A stretch of DNA of 64,000 nt. It comes from Octopus vulgaris (lineage: Eukaryota). The notes beneath the pieces are model-generated. The model ran no database searches and was not told the DNA's origin. It saw only the letters and a program-made list of their open reading frames with translations. The stretch is from positions 59,210,001 to 59,274,000 of the forward strand of contig OX597814.1 of the NCBI GenBank assembly GCA_951406725.2, given 5' to 3'. Every line of letters starts with the position of its first letter. Positions within the stretch are counted from its first letter, which is position 1. The position numbers and the translations under genes are program-made. Below, in pieces: positions 41,299 to 55,660 of this stretch.

Positions 41299-43079
41299 GT
41301 GTGTATTTATATATATGTATGCATACTTGTATTGTCTTAATGTTGAAGAAACTCCTTTCGCTCTCAGTTCCGATGCTATGCGCCAATTGTCACTTTCTAT
41401 AGCCTTGTATCTACCCATACGCTGTCCGTGAACCTGAATGGATGGAAATTGCATAGAATCCCATTATGATTCATTCATCATTACTGCACAATAGCAACCT
41501 TGCCACAGACTGTACCATGATGATTCTATTAGACAGTTAGCTTCAGAATAAATTTGCCCGTGGAATAATCAGCTATGACTACACAAATTAATTGCATCGT
41601 CGAAACTGTCAAAGAACCATTACAAACATGCACTTCTGTATACATATACATACATATATATGCTTTTTATTCTTTTATTCATTCTTTTTTTAGTGATAGA
41701 GACAAATGTTCTTTAAATTACATCTCTATCATGGGAAAATCTCTAACTAATTGGAACGCAACACGCCGAAGTTAATTATTGATATTTTTCTCACTATTTT
41801 GATTTACACCCACACACGTGCAGGCGCGCGCACGCGTGCCTATATATGTATATATATGTGTGTGTGTATTTATATATGTGTATATAATATGAATAGATGG
41901 ATACATACATATATGTGTACGTAAATGTTTTTATATATTTGTGTATGTGTATCTGTATATGTTAATATATGTGTGTGTGTTTGTATGTATGTTGTATATA
42001 TGTATATGTATGTATCTTTAACCTACATATGTGTGATATGGATATGAGTGAGCTATAGAGTAAGGAAAGCCAATTTGATTTGCACCCTCTCATGTTTTCA
42101 AACTATAATTTCGTCTGAGAATTATTTCATGCAAAATATTTTAACTTTCTTTTCAATGAATAATGAACTCAGATATGTTTTGTTTTATGTCTTGTTTATT
42201 TCTGATTTTATCTCCTGTTAGTTATGTTTACACTTAACTGCTCAATACATATTTGGGTCAAATTTTAATAATATTCACGGAATTACGTGCACCCATAAGC
42301 TACCACAATATCTTGTCATCCAGTATGAAAACCATGCAAACAATATAGAATATGACTTGAAATCTTGAATAAAACTACATACTGTACTGACATCAAGACA
42401 TTCAATGCTGTATAAATTACGGTTAATCAAATTAAAATCTCAGCAAGCTGAATATACTGTGAAAACTACATATCAATTACATCAAGAACATTTTAAGAAA
42501 TATGAAAATGACACCTTCTTAGTGAAAAATCTTCTTTTGGGAGTCAGGCCTTTTTTAAAAATAATTAATGTATCTCATCTCATAATCGAAAGTTCCGTTT
42601 ATATCATTAGATATCATCACAAGCTAGATCAAGAAGACATGGAAAAAGGGTTCACTCTTTATACTACCTAATGCAGGTGCAGGGCTATAATATACTTCAT
42701 TGACCCCAGTACCCAACTGGTATTTAATTTATCGAGCCCGAAATGGAACACACAGTAAAACTCGGAAGCGTTTAAACTCAGCATTTTAGCAGCCGCAGTA
42801 ACAATTCTACTTGCTCCAATTCTTAGTTATGTAAATATTTCTTATATGCTGTGAACAATGGTGTACATCATTTAATGGATTAATTTCTATGGTAACAGGA
42901 CATGATTGACTGAGGTGAATATCCCTTGCATACATAAAAGCATATTTTGAAGACATTAGACAAAATGTAAAAGGTCCTGCTAACCAACACAAGGTATTTA
43001 CAAATACGTTTATTGAAACAAAATACTTTGTTATCTTTTATTCTACGAGGCAACATAAAAGCTTAAAATTCAGTGACAT

Positions 43080-44600
43080 TATAGGTATTGACAAAGTTAT
43101 AAGGAGTTGAGCCAACCTCATACATAACTCTCCACAAGCGAAATATAAGAATTCAGCATCACACTTTTGAAGAATAGAACTAAGACTATATACCGTCGAA
43201 AAATCAGAAAACTAGCAATTATTTGTTTACGACTTTAACCGCAAGAATAATATTAATTCTAACAGTAAACCGATTCCTTGAGTAATTAACAGCATTGACA
43301 ACACCAATAGGGATGCACCACAAATAATAAACCCACAATACAAATCATACCTTATGAAATATTTCAGAAATCTGAACTAAACATCTACTTAAGTAATTTA
43401 AGAACAAAAAGACTCATACTTACACGATCATCCAAACGTCTATAAAACGTACAAAAAGCCTCTTGTTTTCATGACATCACAGCCACATCGCCATGATAGT
43501 ACTCAAAATTTGTTTGGCAAGAAATCCAACTCTTTTTTAAAAATTAACTGCTTAACTGGCTGTATGTAAATCTCATGATAAATTTGTAGAACATGAAAAG
43601 ACTTCCATAACTTGACCATGATAATCACCAAGGTTAAAACAGACACATAAGACACAAATATTAGAGATTACACGCAATTTCTCCATATAATTTCTTTGAA
43701 ATTTACTAACCCATGAAAAACAGGCTGAATCCTGTTTTGCCCTCTTGAGTCTTAATACAATAATCCAAATTGTTTCCGTACACCATACAAATATATTAAG
43801 ATGAGACACTCTCAGAAACAGTAGCTACAAATCCCATATGCTTACTGTGTCAAACACAGATAAATAATGACACTACCACAAATAAGTGCAAGATAACAGC
43901 AGATGTTGCGCTCTGACCGCATGGACTTGATTTGCCTCTACGCTTATCATCAGCAAAATATACCTGTGTAAGAGTACAGGATGAATTGACAGCGGTTAGA
44001 GCACATCGTGTTTAGTCTTTTGCCATGCATTTCATCATATTCATCACAGGATCCCATAATGTGAAGTATGTTTCTGTAATAAAGGAAGCCATTTTATAAA
44101 ACCAAAATGTAACTTTAGGACGAATATCTTTTTGGTACCAGTTGCATGTTTCTATACGACTATTTGATCAAATTAATGATCAGCAAAAGAAAAAAAAGGA
44201 ACAAAAAGCAACACGTAATGGCATTAAACTGGGTGGCAATTTAATCTGAGAATTTTGGCTCCATAATACCCGATTAGCAGTATCCAACAAAACTAGTTTT
44301 TCAAGTTTTGCTAGCAATGTCAAAGAACATTCGATACACCAGCCACCACAATTAACAACAAAAACATGCTACACACAAAGAAGACCAAAATACTGAGAGT
44401 TACATTCAACTGTACACGATTCATAAAAGAGCAGTGAAAGTAATATCACGCGCAAACATCCTTACAGCCATCGTGCAAACCCCATTGGGCCAAGGGAAAG
44501 AATTATTAATAATAGTGTACAGACATCACATTAAATGCGTCATGTAAAAGGTAGCGTGACTTTCAAGCATTTCGTATAATTAAAACGTACTAAATCATTG
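43080..44600 (+). pseudogene. Possible heavily decayed LINE (RTE-like)
   Basis: Only faint motifs (DFN.RI; RLAVSNK..F..NV) and an A-rich coding-like skew; no intact frame. Confidence 0.2.
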
Positions 44601-45103
44601 GTCGTATGACAAATTTAAGTTTGTAGACGATATTACTTGTATAATCTCTTTCTAATAAATCCGATTTAATGTTATTTATATAAACGAATTCTACATCAGT
44701 TTCTCAAATTTATACTAAACGCTGAGATATGAGAGTAAGCTTAAGATATAGAGATTCAATCTCTAAGTTTCATTTGGTTGGACAATCTTAGATTACACTT
44801 ATTTTAATCTAGCAGAACTTGTGCCACTTCCGCGTTAATAAACGGTCTTAATTCTATTATGTTATGTATAAACTTATGACGTTATTCCATTCCGTTGGCG
44901 ATTTCAACTGTCCTCAATTTTGGTATTTTATTCCACTTGTTATGTTGCGTTATATTGTTCAAATATTATTCGATTCTGTTCTATAGTCAAAGCGTGGCTA
45001 GTGATTGTATGTCGCAGCAAGAAAATAATATTACAAATAGTCATATTGTACTATCTATGAAATTTTTTAATATTTTTCGAGAAACAGAATTCCTGGTAGG
45101 AAG

Positions 45104-45340
45104 TACTGGGTTGGCAATTAAGTTCCTGCAGTTTTTTGTTTTTTTTCATTTGGGAATTTATTGTGATTCAAAATTTTGGAATCTATTTTTTTCTAGAATT
45201 CTATTTTTAAACAATTTTGAAATCTGATTTGTTTTATGTGTTTTCAGTTAATTTTAGTTAATTTTTTTTTATTTTTGGGTATATACATATCATTAAAATG
45301 GAATTTCAAGTTAAGAAAAACGAGCATTTTTGACACCTTC
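45104..45340 (+). mobile_element. Mariner 5' fragment
   Basis: TA-ctgggttggcaattaagttc TIR-like end; ATG GAA TTT CAA GTT AAG AAA AAC GAG CAT TTT (MEFQVKKNEHF). Confidence 0.7.
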
Positions 45341-45350
45341 AGGGCTACAT

Positions 45351-45545
45351 GACCTGAAGAAAATTCTAACAGGGCTTCACCTGTAGATCCATGCACTGAT
45401 TATTTTGATATACGTTCACCATGTCATGCCCATATGGTTGAGATACATGTATACTGCAATCAGACGAGTAGCAATGATGTGTATATTGAGCTTTCTATAT
45501 TTGTATCCCAGTGTTATTTTGATGGCATGCACAGCTCGCTCGCTC
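45351..45545 (+). mobile_element. Older 5'-truncated copy of the ~540-bp (TAA)n-associated element (copy 3)
   Basis: cctgaagaaaattctaac...cccagtgttattttgatggcatgcacagctcgctcgctc-aa, followed by an AAT-rich tail. Confidence 0.75.
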
Positions 45546-45585
45546 AATCAAAATAATAACAAGGATAATAATAATAAAAGTAATG

Positions 45586-45660
<75 letters not shown>

Positions 45661-45669
45661 GTAATAGTA

Positions 45670-45720
<51 letters not shown>

Positions 45721-45721
<1 letters not shown>

Positions 45722-46263
45722 GTACCAGGCAGTGGCTCTCATGGCTTCTGATCTTAACTGATTGGAAGTGTTATCATGTACATTGTTTTGTCTTGGTATA
45801 AAAGATGGGCTACAGCAAATATTCTGCTCAATACCACAGATTTGCTTGTCAGTTGTTTGACCTTAACCAGTTGAGCATGTCCCTTAGTGGCTGACGATAT
45901 GTGCATCTCTGATCACGAGCAGAAGTAGTGGGGGAGCATCATAGCCATGTGTTGAGAGGGATTCTTTGGGGTTTGAATAGTTCACCTCTGGAAACATGGG
46001 TGGTTCTTTCAACATCCTTAAACAACCCTTATTCAGGGACCGTTTGAGCGGATGGGATACTCAACCTGAAGAAAATTCTAACTGGGCCCCACTTGCAAGG
46101 TCATGTGCTGTTTATCTTGATATGAGATCACCATGTCACGCACATATGGTTGTGATGCATGTGCCTGGTGTACCTTTATCAGACGGGTAGTCATGATGGG
46201 TATATTGGGCTTCGTATATTTTACCCCAGTGTCACTTTGATGGCATGAACTGCTCTCTCACTC
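45721..46263 (+). mobile_element. ~540-bp (TAA)n-associated element (copy 2)
   Basis: (AAT)n immediately before and after; collinear with 34815-35350. Confidence 0.85.
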
Positions 46264-46362
46264 AATAATGATAATAATAATAATAATGATAACTGTTATT
46301 ATCATTATCATTATTATTACTATTATTATGATATTATTATTATTATTATTATTATCATTATT

Positions 46363-46505
<143 letters not shown>

Positions 46506-46514
46506 CTTTATTAC

Positions 46515-49500
46515 TAACTCAGATCGTGGATTTCAAAGAGAAAGGACGTGTGTTTGTGAGCAGGAAGTTTTTGCGCAAAGTTTACAAATAATATTGTTTT
46601 AGCTGAACATTTTTTTACGATCTTGCTGAGCTGTGCGTTTAAGAAGGATGTTTCCTGTTTTGAGACGAATTTTCCATTTAAAATCTCCATTTTTTCATTT
46701 TCCGATTTCTTTTAAATTTGCAAAAATGTCCTTGGAAAAGAATGTCAGCTCTTCATTTTTTCTTGTTTCCCCACCTCTGCTTTTGGAAGACAGTGTAAAA
46801 ATTTTCTCCATCCACTCCGCGCCTTAAAATGCAGAGTGAGGGACGACATAAGTCTTGGTAGCACGTGCAACGCTGAGCAACAGAAGGAAAAAGAAGAAAA
46901 GAAAAGCGAAGGAGAAGAGGAAAAGAGCAAGGAAATTCAGCTAATGGACGCGGATAGCGTCACAACACCTGTGAATCTAAGCCCTCCAACTACCATCGCT
47001 CTCACTAACGCATTGAACACTTAACAACAACAACCCAATGCAGCCGTGTTTTTGCTTCAATAGGAAAACCAAACAAGGAATTTGTAAATACTTCTGTAGA
47101 GTCCCTCAAATAGTACAGAGACATTTTAAAAAGAAAATGCGAAAGATGTATTTCGATAAACACATCACCAGATACTATAGAGAATACAAACAAACGTACC
47201 ATAGCGTACAAAACTATATCACTAAAAAATAAACGTTTAGAGACTGCCACAACGCAAGCAGTTAAAAAATGTTTGCAACCCATTTGGAAAGACGTACCTT
47301 ATCTGGCAAGGTGTAAGAAATATGTCACAATTGAATTTAGATTTTCTACAGAAGACGTAGCAAAATAGCACTCAACAACCCAGTTGAGAAACAGTAAACT
47401 TGTTCTAGTTCCAACATACCTGGGACGGCGCGTCACCAAGATAAAAGTCCTGGAGATAGCACTAGGAATGAACGCTCGCTGGATTGCCACGGCCGATGAT
47501 AAAAATCAGAATCATCTAAATCTAGAAACAAGGAAAAAAACAACCGGACTGGTCAGGAATTGTAAATAATGGTCCAAATAAACCAAGATGTTTTGGAACA
47601 AATTCCTGACCGATTCACCCTATACCGACTCACTCTATACTAAACATCACTGTTGAGGGCAGGTCAAGATGTTATCAATGCGGATAGAATAACCACTTGA
47701 AAGCTAAAACATGAGGGCACTAGCCCCTTGATACGAGCGCCACCCACACCATAACAACGGAAGTAACCCCAACTACAGAAGCAACCCCACAAGCTGACTA
47801 CAACCGCAACCACAGCGCCTACAATACAATAAGACAGCTCTTGGCAGAGGAACAAAAAATCAACAAATTTCAACCCGTTGGATCTACATCTTCCCGACTC
47901 TGACCACTCAGACATGCCATGCGGAGAGGCCGACAGAAATGAGTGGACAGACGTCACACGAAAAGACTAAAAAAAATTGCACAACAGTACACCAACAAAC
48001 AGACAAACAGTACCCTAAGAGAAGCAATCAAAATCACCCGAATACAACAACAACAACACACCAACCCTCACGCTTCCAACATCTTCACCAACACCACCAC
48101 TACCAACCCCACATACACAGCCAACAGTACAAGACACAACAGGGTCAACACAAAAAAGTAAATGAAAATAACAAAAATAGCACAAACTCATCGCCATATC
48201 CACAGACAACACAATCCTGCTATTATACATAAAGAAAAATACAGACATCAAAATGATTGACTCTTTTTCCTCCACAGACAACACACCGCCACTACACATA
48301 CAGATACTTCAAACTAAGCAACATGCATACAACAACAAAAAATCCAATTTCCACATACAGTCGGAGGCTTCAACACGAATGTGTCCAGGAGCCTCTATAA
48401 ATCATTCGTCATGGAGACCACCACACTCCATTTAAGGAGCGAGACATCTGAATCGCTCCCACCCCAGACTGCTAACGGTAAGTAGCCCTCTCTTATTTTC
48501 TCTTTACCAGACACTCAAATGGTGATACTCAAAATAAGTTGCATAAATGTGCGTGGCCTGGAGTCCCCTGGAAACAAGCTCATCTACTGAATGACCTCAG
48601 AACACGAGGAATAGATGCAATAGCCATTGCTGAATCCAGACTAAAAGAGCCGCGAGCTTTCATGCCCATTTTCGATGACAACGAAGTCTACGCATCTCCA
48701 TGTCGGCGGTGAATGGGTGGTGGGGATACCGCGGGATTGTTTCGGAAAGACCTCGATCTCAAAATAAGGTCAGTTTTGTTGGACCCATAAGGTAAGCTGG
48801 TGGTCCTAGACGTGAACGGTAGTAACTATGGGGCCTTAAGACTGATGGCTGTTTACGCACCGACAGGTGCAGGACAGCTGGAATACTTTAGGCGTCTGGA
48901 GGTTCATGGGTACATCCCTACTTTTAGTGTCTAGGGCGATTTCAACACCATATTAGACGCACAATTGGATTATGTGTGGCTAGGAAAGGGCAATGCAAAA
49001 GCCTCGCAAACCTGCGCAGACATTTTCAACAGTTTGACAGGTACCGACTGGATTTCCAAAATGTGCCAATGTGAAGATGGGCAAACCGCATCGGAACATC
49101 CAGATCGTATCTAGACATAGCATTTTCCCGATCTTTATATAGGGATAGTATTAGTTGTCCACAATTTCAAAACATCGTCTACACAGATCACAAACTGGTG
49201 CCCTGTAAGGTCGACTTATAAGATATGTAGACAGAGCCCCGGCTACTGGAAGATAAATACGTCACTCCACGCGTGCCAATCTTACAGAGACTGGATTAAA
49301 GAGTTAGTTCAGAAATCTTTGACAGGGACAATCGTCAACAGTAAATGGTGGTATAACCTAAAAAGGTCTATCAAAGTAGAATCCGTTAGGTTTAGCAAAG
49401 TTTTAACAGTAGAATGAAATAGAATAGATGATGATTTAGTGAGAAATTTAGAAGAGGCGCTGGGGAAAGGCATTGCAATTGAAGTGCTGGCAGGAAGGTT

Positions 49501-50892
49501 CTCTGTTGATCAACACTTGAACGCTAAGCACGAAGTTTCCATCATCAGAGGTAAGGCACTTGCTCTCAGACAAGAGGGGGCCAAAGCTACCCGATGGATC
49601 CGAGTGATCGAGGCGCAAAATGGCAACGAAAGCACCATTCAGACTGGAACAAAATGGGCGCACGGTGAACGAGCTGGAGCAGAAATATGTGCGAATTTTC
49701 ACCAGCATTGTTGTTTAACCGTTCGGGACGAACGATGGGCCTGATCGCAGGATGGAATTTAATGCTTACCACGATTGCTTGACATGACTCTCAGCAAGAG
49801 ATTCGAAGTTATGCGAAAAGCCGATAACAATTGAGGAAATATGAGACGGGATAATGGGCTGTACGGCGCTCCACTTGCTGTCAACACTCTACGAAAGGTG
49901 GGATAAGTATGCAGTGACTATTGATGCGCAGATATTCGCTGAGGCTGCGGCATATCATGCGTTTTCTCTGACTGAGCTGCAATCTTGGATCAAGCGTAAA
50001 CCAAAGTTGGGCGTCTCACACCTTGAGTGTCGCCAGGCGCTCGCACTCTTCAGCCAGTCAGGCAATGCGGTTAGTGGAAGTTCTACGATGGCGTTGTATA
50101 GAGGGTTAGTGGTGAAAGGAAACGATTACGTTCTCGGGGAGACTCTGGCGTCGATGAATTTCAACATACCATTCTGTTCCGGAGGACTTTCCGGCCGGGG
50201 CCTATGGCTAACTTCCTGAAATTCCTGGACTGGCAGTGCTACCGAGGGGCTTTGCTTGATCGAGATAATCTCTACAGGCACGGAAGTACCGTCAGTCGGA
50301 CGTGTCCGAGATGTATGCAGAGTGATGCAACTGTTCAGCATGCATTCCTCCAGTGCCGGGGCATATTTGATATATGGGTTTATGTCGAACGTATAGGACG
50401 TGTCCGCTTGTTGGCAAGGGGAGGTAATTTTCATCTGTCTCATGGCTGTTGTGAAAGCGGCTGTATGGTCGTCTACACTAAAAGAACTGAAGACAGATAT
50501 TTTCCTCTTTGGCCTAACCGTCATCAACTTGTTCCGATAAAATTTGAAATGGAAAGTGAGGGTTGAGAGGGAAATGCTGACTTCCAATGAATTTCTTGAA
50601 AGGTGGGTGAATGCGGCGAAGATAGTCCTTATCAACTTTGAGCATGCACTTTTGAGTTTCCAATGCTGCGAAAGAGAGAGAGAGAGATTAGGAGAGGGCT
50701 CTTGCTTTACTGGTCGGAGCGCTTGTGGGTTTTCGTGGAGTCTCCATGAGAAGCCCTGAGTTGCTTACCTTCTTTGTAATATTTTCCATTATTACCGACT
50801 ATTTACACGGCCCTTTACTAACCCTACTTTGTCCTTCGTGTTTTTGTAATGTCCAATCTTATTTTTCTGGCCCTTGTGACTATTAAAGAAAG
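46515..50892 (+). mobile_element. Decayed L1/Tx1-type LINE: 5' UTR, ORF1, ORF2 (APE, RT missing, C-terminal zinc finger), 3' UTR
   Basis: ORF2 from 48519 MVILKISCINVRGL, AVYAPT, LGDFN, YTDHKLV, PGYWKINTS; C-terminal WQCYRGAL...TCPRC...TVQHAFLQC, ERWVN; ORF1 PTYLGRR; flanked by (ATT)/(GTT) repeats. Confidence 0.9.
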
Positions 50893-51594
50893 GACTATCA
50901 TTATTATTATTGTTGTTGTTGTTGTTTATGTTGTTGTTGTTATTATTATTGTTGTAGTTGTTGTTGTAATATCTATGCTAAGGGTGGACATTTATTGATT
51001 TATTCAATTTGTTTAGTATTTTGATATAAAATGTATTTAATACAAGTATAAATAATGATTTCTATACACTAACACGTCAAATGTGGTTATCTATACTCAC
51101 AGCTATCTGCATGAACATTTTGCATATATAATACAGTATATTACGTCATTATGTGAATATTCATGGAAATAAATAATCTTGTGGGGGGCTGTCTTCATTC
51201 ATTTTACATACACATATTAGCATTTAAACTGATTTTGATACTTTGTCAATACATCTAAATATGCCTTTTTTTATTACTTAATTTACATTATTTGTTTTCG
51301 CTATCAGTCTACTCATGCTTAAGTGAACTTTATTTCCTGCGGAAACTCATAAACTATTCATTATGAGTGAACCTAATTTGATATCGGTTATTAAAGTTAT
51401 ACGTCGCAATAAAAAATAATTTAATATTATGAATAAAATACTATTATATTGCAATGTAAGTACCAAAATATACCCGAAAGCGTTCTGCCAGACAAATCAC
51501 AACGAAAACTATTTTAATAAAATTTGTTTGCTATCTGATAAAGCTATGTCATACGAATGTATGTATGAACACACACACACGTGTGTATGTATGA

Positions 51595-51630
<36 letters not shown>

Positions 51631-54064
51631 GTGTAAATATACATATGCATACACACATAAATGCACACTCACACCTACACCGGCGTATGTATTAATTAAA
51701 GAAGAAAATTTATAGACAATGAATTGATAGTGTCTACTTTGAGAACACTTTGTTGAAGCGAAAGAAAATTGTAGTTAATTATTTTGTTTAACACTCGCAA
51801 ATACGGCTTGCAGAATTATTATTCTCCTTTCCCACAAAGTAATTCATATCAACTTGAAAGCTAAAATAATGCATAGCAACATCAACAATATTCCTCTAGG
51901 TCCTATTTCATGTGGCACGAACTGGTAAATATAGCAGAAAAAAATCTCCATCAAATCGTATACTAGTGTATCAAAAATAATATTCATTTGTGAAAGAATA
52001 TTCACATCGAATATTGTGAGATAGAAAAGTTCAATCAACTGTTTGAGAGAGATACACAACATCAGCAATATAAAAGTATATGTTCCTTGACCTCGTAACA
52101 ATTATGCTGCGAAAATATAATACTCCTCAACTGCAGACCTATAGCAGTAATTTTCAACATTTTCTCTTCTAACTATCCAAATACAATTTCAAAACTCTTT
52201 TACTTTTCCTAATAGCTATGACACATTGTTTGTGCCAACATCTGCATCAGCACATTCTTCCCATTCCTTTGATTGGAATGAATTTAGGTGGATTACAAGC
52301 GGAAGGTGTACAAATATAAGAAAAAGAAAAGGAAAATATTTTCAGAAATTCTGCATACATTGAAGGGATTGAACATCATTTGAACACATTTATTAAATAG
52401 GTTTGTTGAAATACTGTATTGTGTATGAGGATACTATATCCGTGAGTTGTGACCTAATTCTCACCACGTTAGCATACGTAAAAAAAAATAATACATTATA
52501 CTGAAATTAATTTATTTATACGTCGACCTAATACAGGAAAACCAGAAATGCAAATAAGAAATAGCTATATTGCAAATACAAACACAAACATCGAAAACTC
52601 CTCACTTACTCATGTATTACGTGCATTTAACGACAGAAGTACATCAATAAAACGCACAATACTTCAACAGCAAATTGTAGAGAAGTAGATTGTGGTCGCA
52701 AGAATGATGCACATCACATGTCACGTTGTGCAACTTCCACTATAACCTGTGAGCAATACTTAAGTGAGATTCTGGGTAAAATATTCAAAATGAAAAATCC
52801 ACCAGTTAGCATGCACATCACAAAAACAATCTGTAAGTGGTACACATATACTATGTGAGGCTTTTCTAAAGTTAACCATGTGACATTGATACGACATACA
52901 TGACAACGATAGAGATTTTGTATCTTTATTATAGAACAGCTTTACGCTACAGGAAGAATTGAAATAATGAAAAGCGGAGTAGAATATGCATATATGTGCG
53001 TGTGTGTGTTGCAGTAAGAATGCTTGTGTGCGTATGCTATATCAGCTGAAGTAAACGGCGCACTTATGAATATTAGTAACCTCTGGAATTCATAACTCCC
53101 TGTGGTGTCTCTCTTTGTGAAGATCTCAATTTTTGGACATTCGCATTGTACTAGACACACTTAAAACATGTACCAGAAAGAGACAAAATTATTGCACTTC
53201 ATATAACACATTAAAATTATTTAGCAGCAGTATATAAGCATTTCCGTGACTGAAATAACTAAATGGAGGTTAAAATAGCACAGTTTTGGGGACATATAAT
53301 AAACCAGTTTTACAGATGTTCTCCGCGATTTCTAAATCTCTTTTTGCATTTATCACAGAACAACATTAGTATTATTTATTCTCACTTATGTTATTATTAA
53401 TCTTACCAAATTACCAATTACTTTGTATTTATATATGTGCAATCATGTCGCTCCACTGATTTGATATGAATGCAATTCATATTAAACCGATGTGGCGTTG
53501 TAGCAAATGGAAATAAGTCTTAGGGAATGTTAAAAGATAACTAAAATATACATGTGCTCGTAAGAGAAAGTTTCGGTGGAAGTATGTTCAATTGGGTAAA
53601 CTTATCTTGTGTTTGCAAAATATTTCCTTTAGAAAATATTCCCTCATAGAATATTGGAAAATCTTTAAGTAATAGTCAGGAAAGTAATTCAGGAATTAAC
53701 AAAATATTGTAGCGGAAATTGTGAAAATATTATATTGATAAAAGCGTAACACCACAGTGAAAACAATTGTCTCATGTAGCGCCAACGGAGAAATAGACCA
53801 GAGCGTTTTGCGCCAACATCAACCAGTGTTGCTACAGTTATGGAAAAAATTAACATTACAGAACAGCGAAATAGTTAACAGCTAACCAGCACAATTATTT
53901 TATGGAAAAGGTTAACTGCATTCTTAACATAGTGAAAACATAACAGACGTCCAAACTGAAACTATATAAACACAATGCTTACAAAATGGGAATTATGTTC
54001 TACGAGTTCAATTCTTTCTGAAAGCAATGTGTCACATATTTGTGTTAATCATCCAGATGATACA

Positions 54065-55660
54065 TACTGCGTCCACAGTATTAGGCAAATCAACCTTCTC
54101 TCCATAAATAAATGTATATTCGTTCAAATCCAGTTTCTTTCCCATTGATTGTTAGCAACACATATCTGCATAAAATCTGTTAAAATAATTCGGATCTGCG
54201 ACAACGGAAACAAACGGCAGCCATTATCGTGTAGCAGCAACATTTCTTTTGTCCTAAATTATTAAGCATGTGCCCAATTAATTTTGATTACGGGTTAGAA
54301 ACAGGGACTACTTCGCATGAGAAGTCAACCATCGTGTCAGAGATTGGAAAAGGAAAAAAAAACCCATAGAGATATCAAAATTACTGGGAAGAGATCGATC
54401 ACCGAACAGTGAAGATGTTTGTGCCGCCTCTTATTTCTGTCCGAGCGAGGGCAGATAAAGGTGAGTGGAGGGTTGCTACGAATCGTACTTTATCAAGTGT
54501 GAAAAGAGAAGTTGTGCGGAAGCCGTGTCCGACAAGTAGAGAAGCCTTCAAACGTTGTGGCAGGGAACAGGGAAAACGTATCGAAAACTATTAGATGTCA
54601 CCTCTTGAAGCAGGGAGCCAGGAATGTTGAACCTGTTATAAGGCGCCCTCTGAAGGCTGTTCAGAAGCATAAGAGACTGAAATGGACAGAAGATTACGTG
54701 AAGATAGATTTTTCAACAGTTCTGTTCACTGACGAATGCCGTGCTTCCCTTGACGGACCAGATGACTGGAGTAAAGGTTGGGTGTCGATCAGCAGGAACC
54801 GTCCTCATCGTTTGAAATGCCAACAGGGGGGAGGTGGGGTGATCTTTTGGGCTGGTACTATTGGTGGTATGGTGGTCAGGGCATGGAAAGCACCAGATGG
54901 CTTTAAGATGACAGCAAAAGCATGTTACCTTCTTAAAGGACAATTTCCAATCGTGGTTCAAAGAGCAAAATCTTTCATCCAAGGGAAAGTGGTCTTCATA
55001 CAAGATAATGCCCCACCTCGTGCAGCGAAAACGTCTGAGGAATACCTGCAGCAAATGTCCTTTGATGGAGTGGCCACCTTGGTTCCCCGACTTAAACTTT
55101 GGCGTGTCATGAAGCGGTCGAGAACCTGTGGAGAGTCATGAAGTGTTGCGTTTACCAAGACGGACGGCAATTTTCAAGTTAAATTGTTCTCTGAGATTCT
55201 ATTGTATATGTGACTCAAAGCATGACAAGAGGAAATAATCACTTGAAAATTCAATATGTCCGGGCGTAAGGAAAGTTTTTGCATGTGGAGGACCATACAC
55301 CAAACATAAGGAGCTGTACATCATAATCCCATGCTTATTTTCATTCGAACGTATTAATATGTTTACCATTAAGTTCTCTATGAATACATTTCTTCTTAAA
55401 CCTTTATTGTTGAATTAAATAAATGTTTGTTTTGACACAATTATCATTTTTATTATACTTGCCTAATAATTTGTGACTGGGAAAATGTTGCCTAATCACG
55501 AAAATGGCCGCTCTTTGTTGGCGTCCGCGCAGATCTTATTTTAACAGAATGTGCGCAGAGAGGTGTTGCCAACAGTCAGTGAGAAAACCACTGGTTTTTA
55601 ATATAAATACATTTGTTTATTGATAGAAGATTAATTTGCCTAATAATGTGGGACACAGTG
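54065..55660 (+). mobile_element. Near full-length Tc1-like (DD34E-type) transposon fossil with ~205-bp TIRs
   Basis: VLFTDECRASLDGPD.W, QQGGGGVIFWAG, FIQDNAP, WPP.SP; TIRs 54065-54270 and 55455-55660 align by eye; right end cagtg|TA. Confidence 0.92.

Noticed and set aside
51844-52300. 85-aa hydrophobic minus-strand ORF
   Set aside because: Hydrophobicity follows T-rich composition; the + strand has faint CR1/L2 C-terminal-like remnants instead, too weak to annotate.
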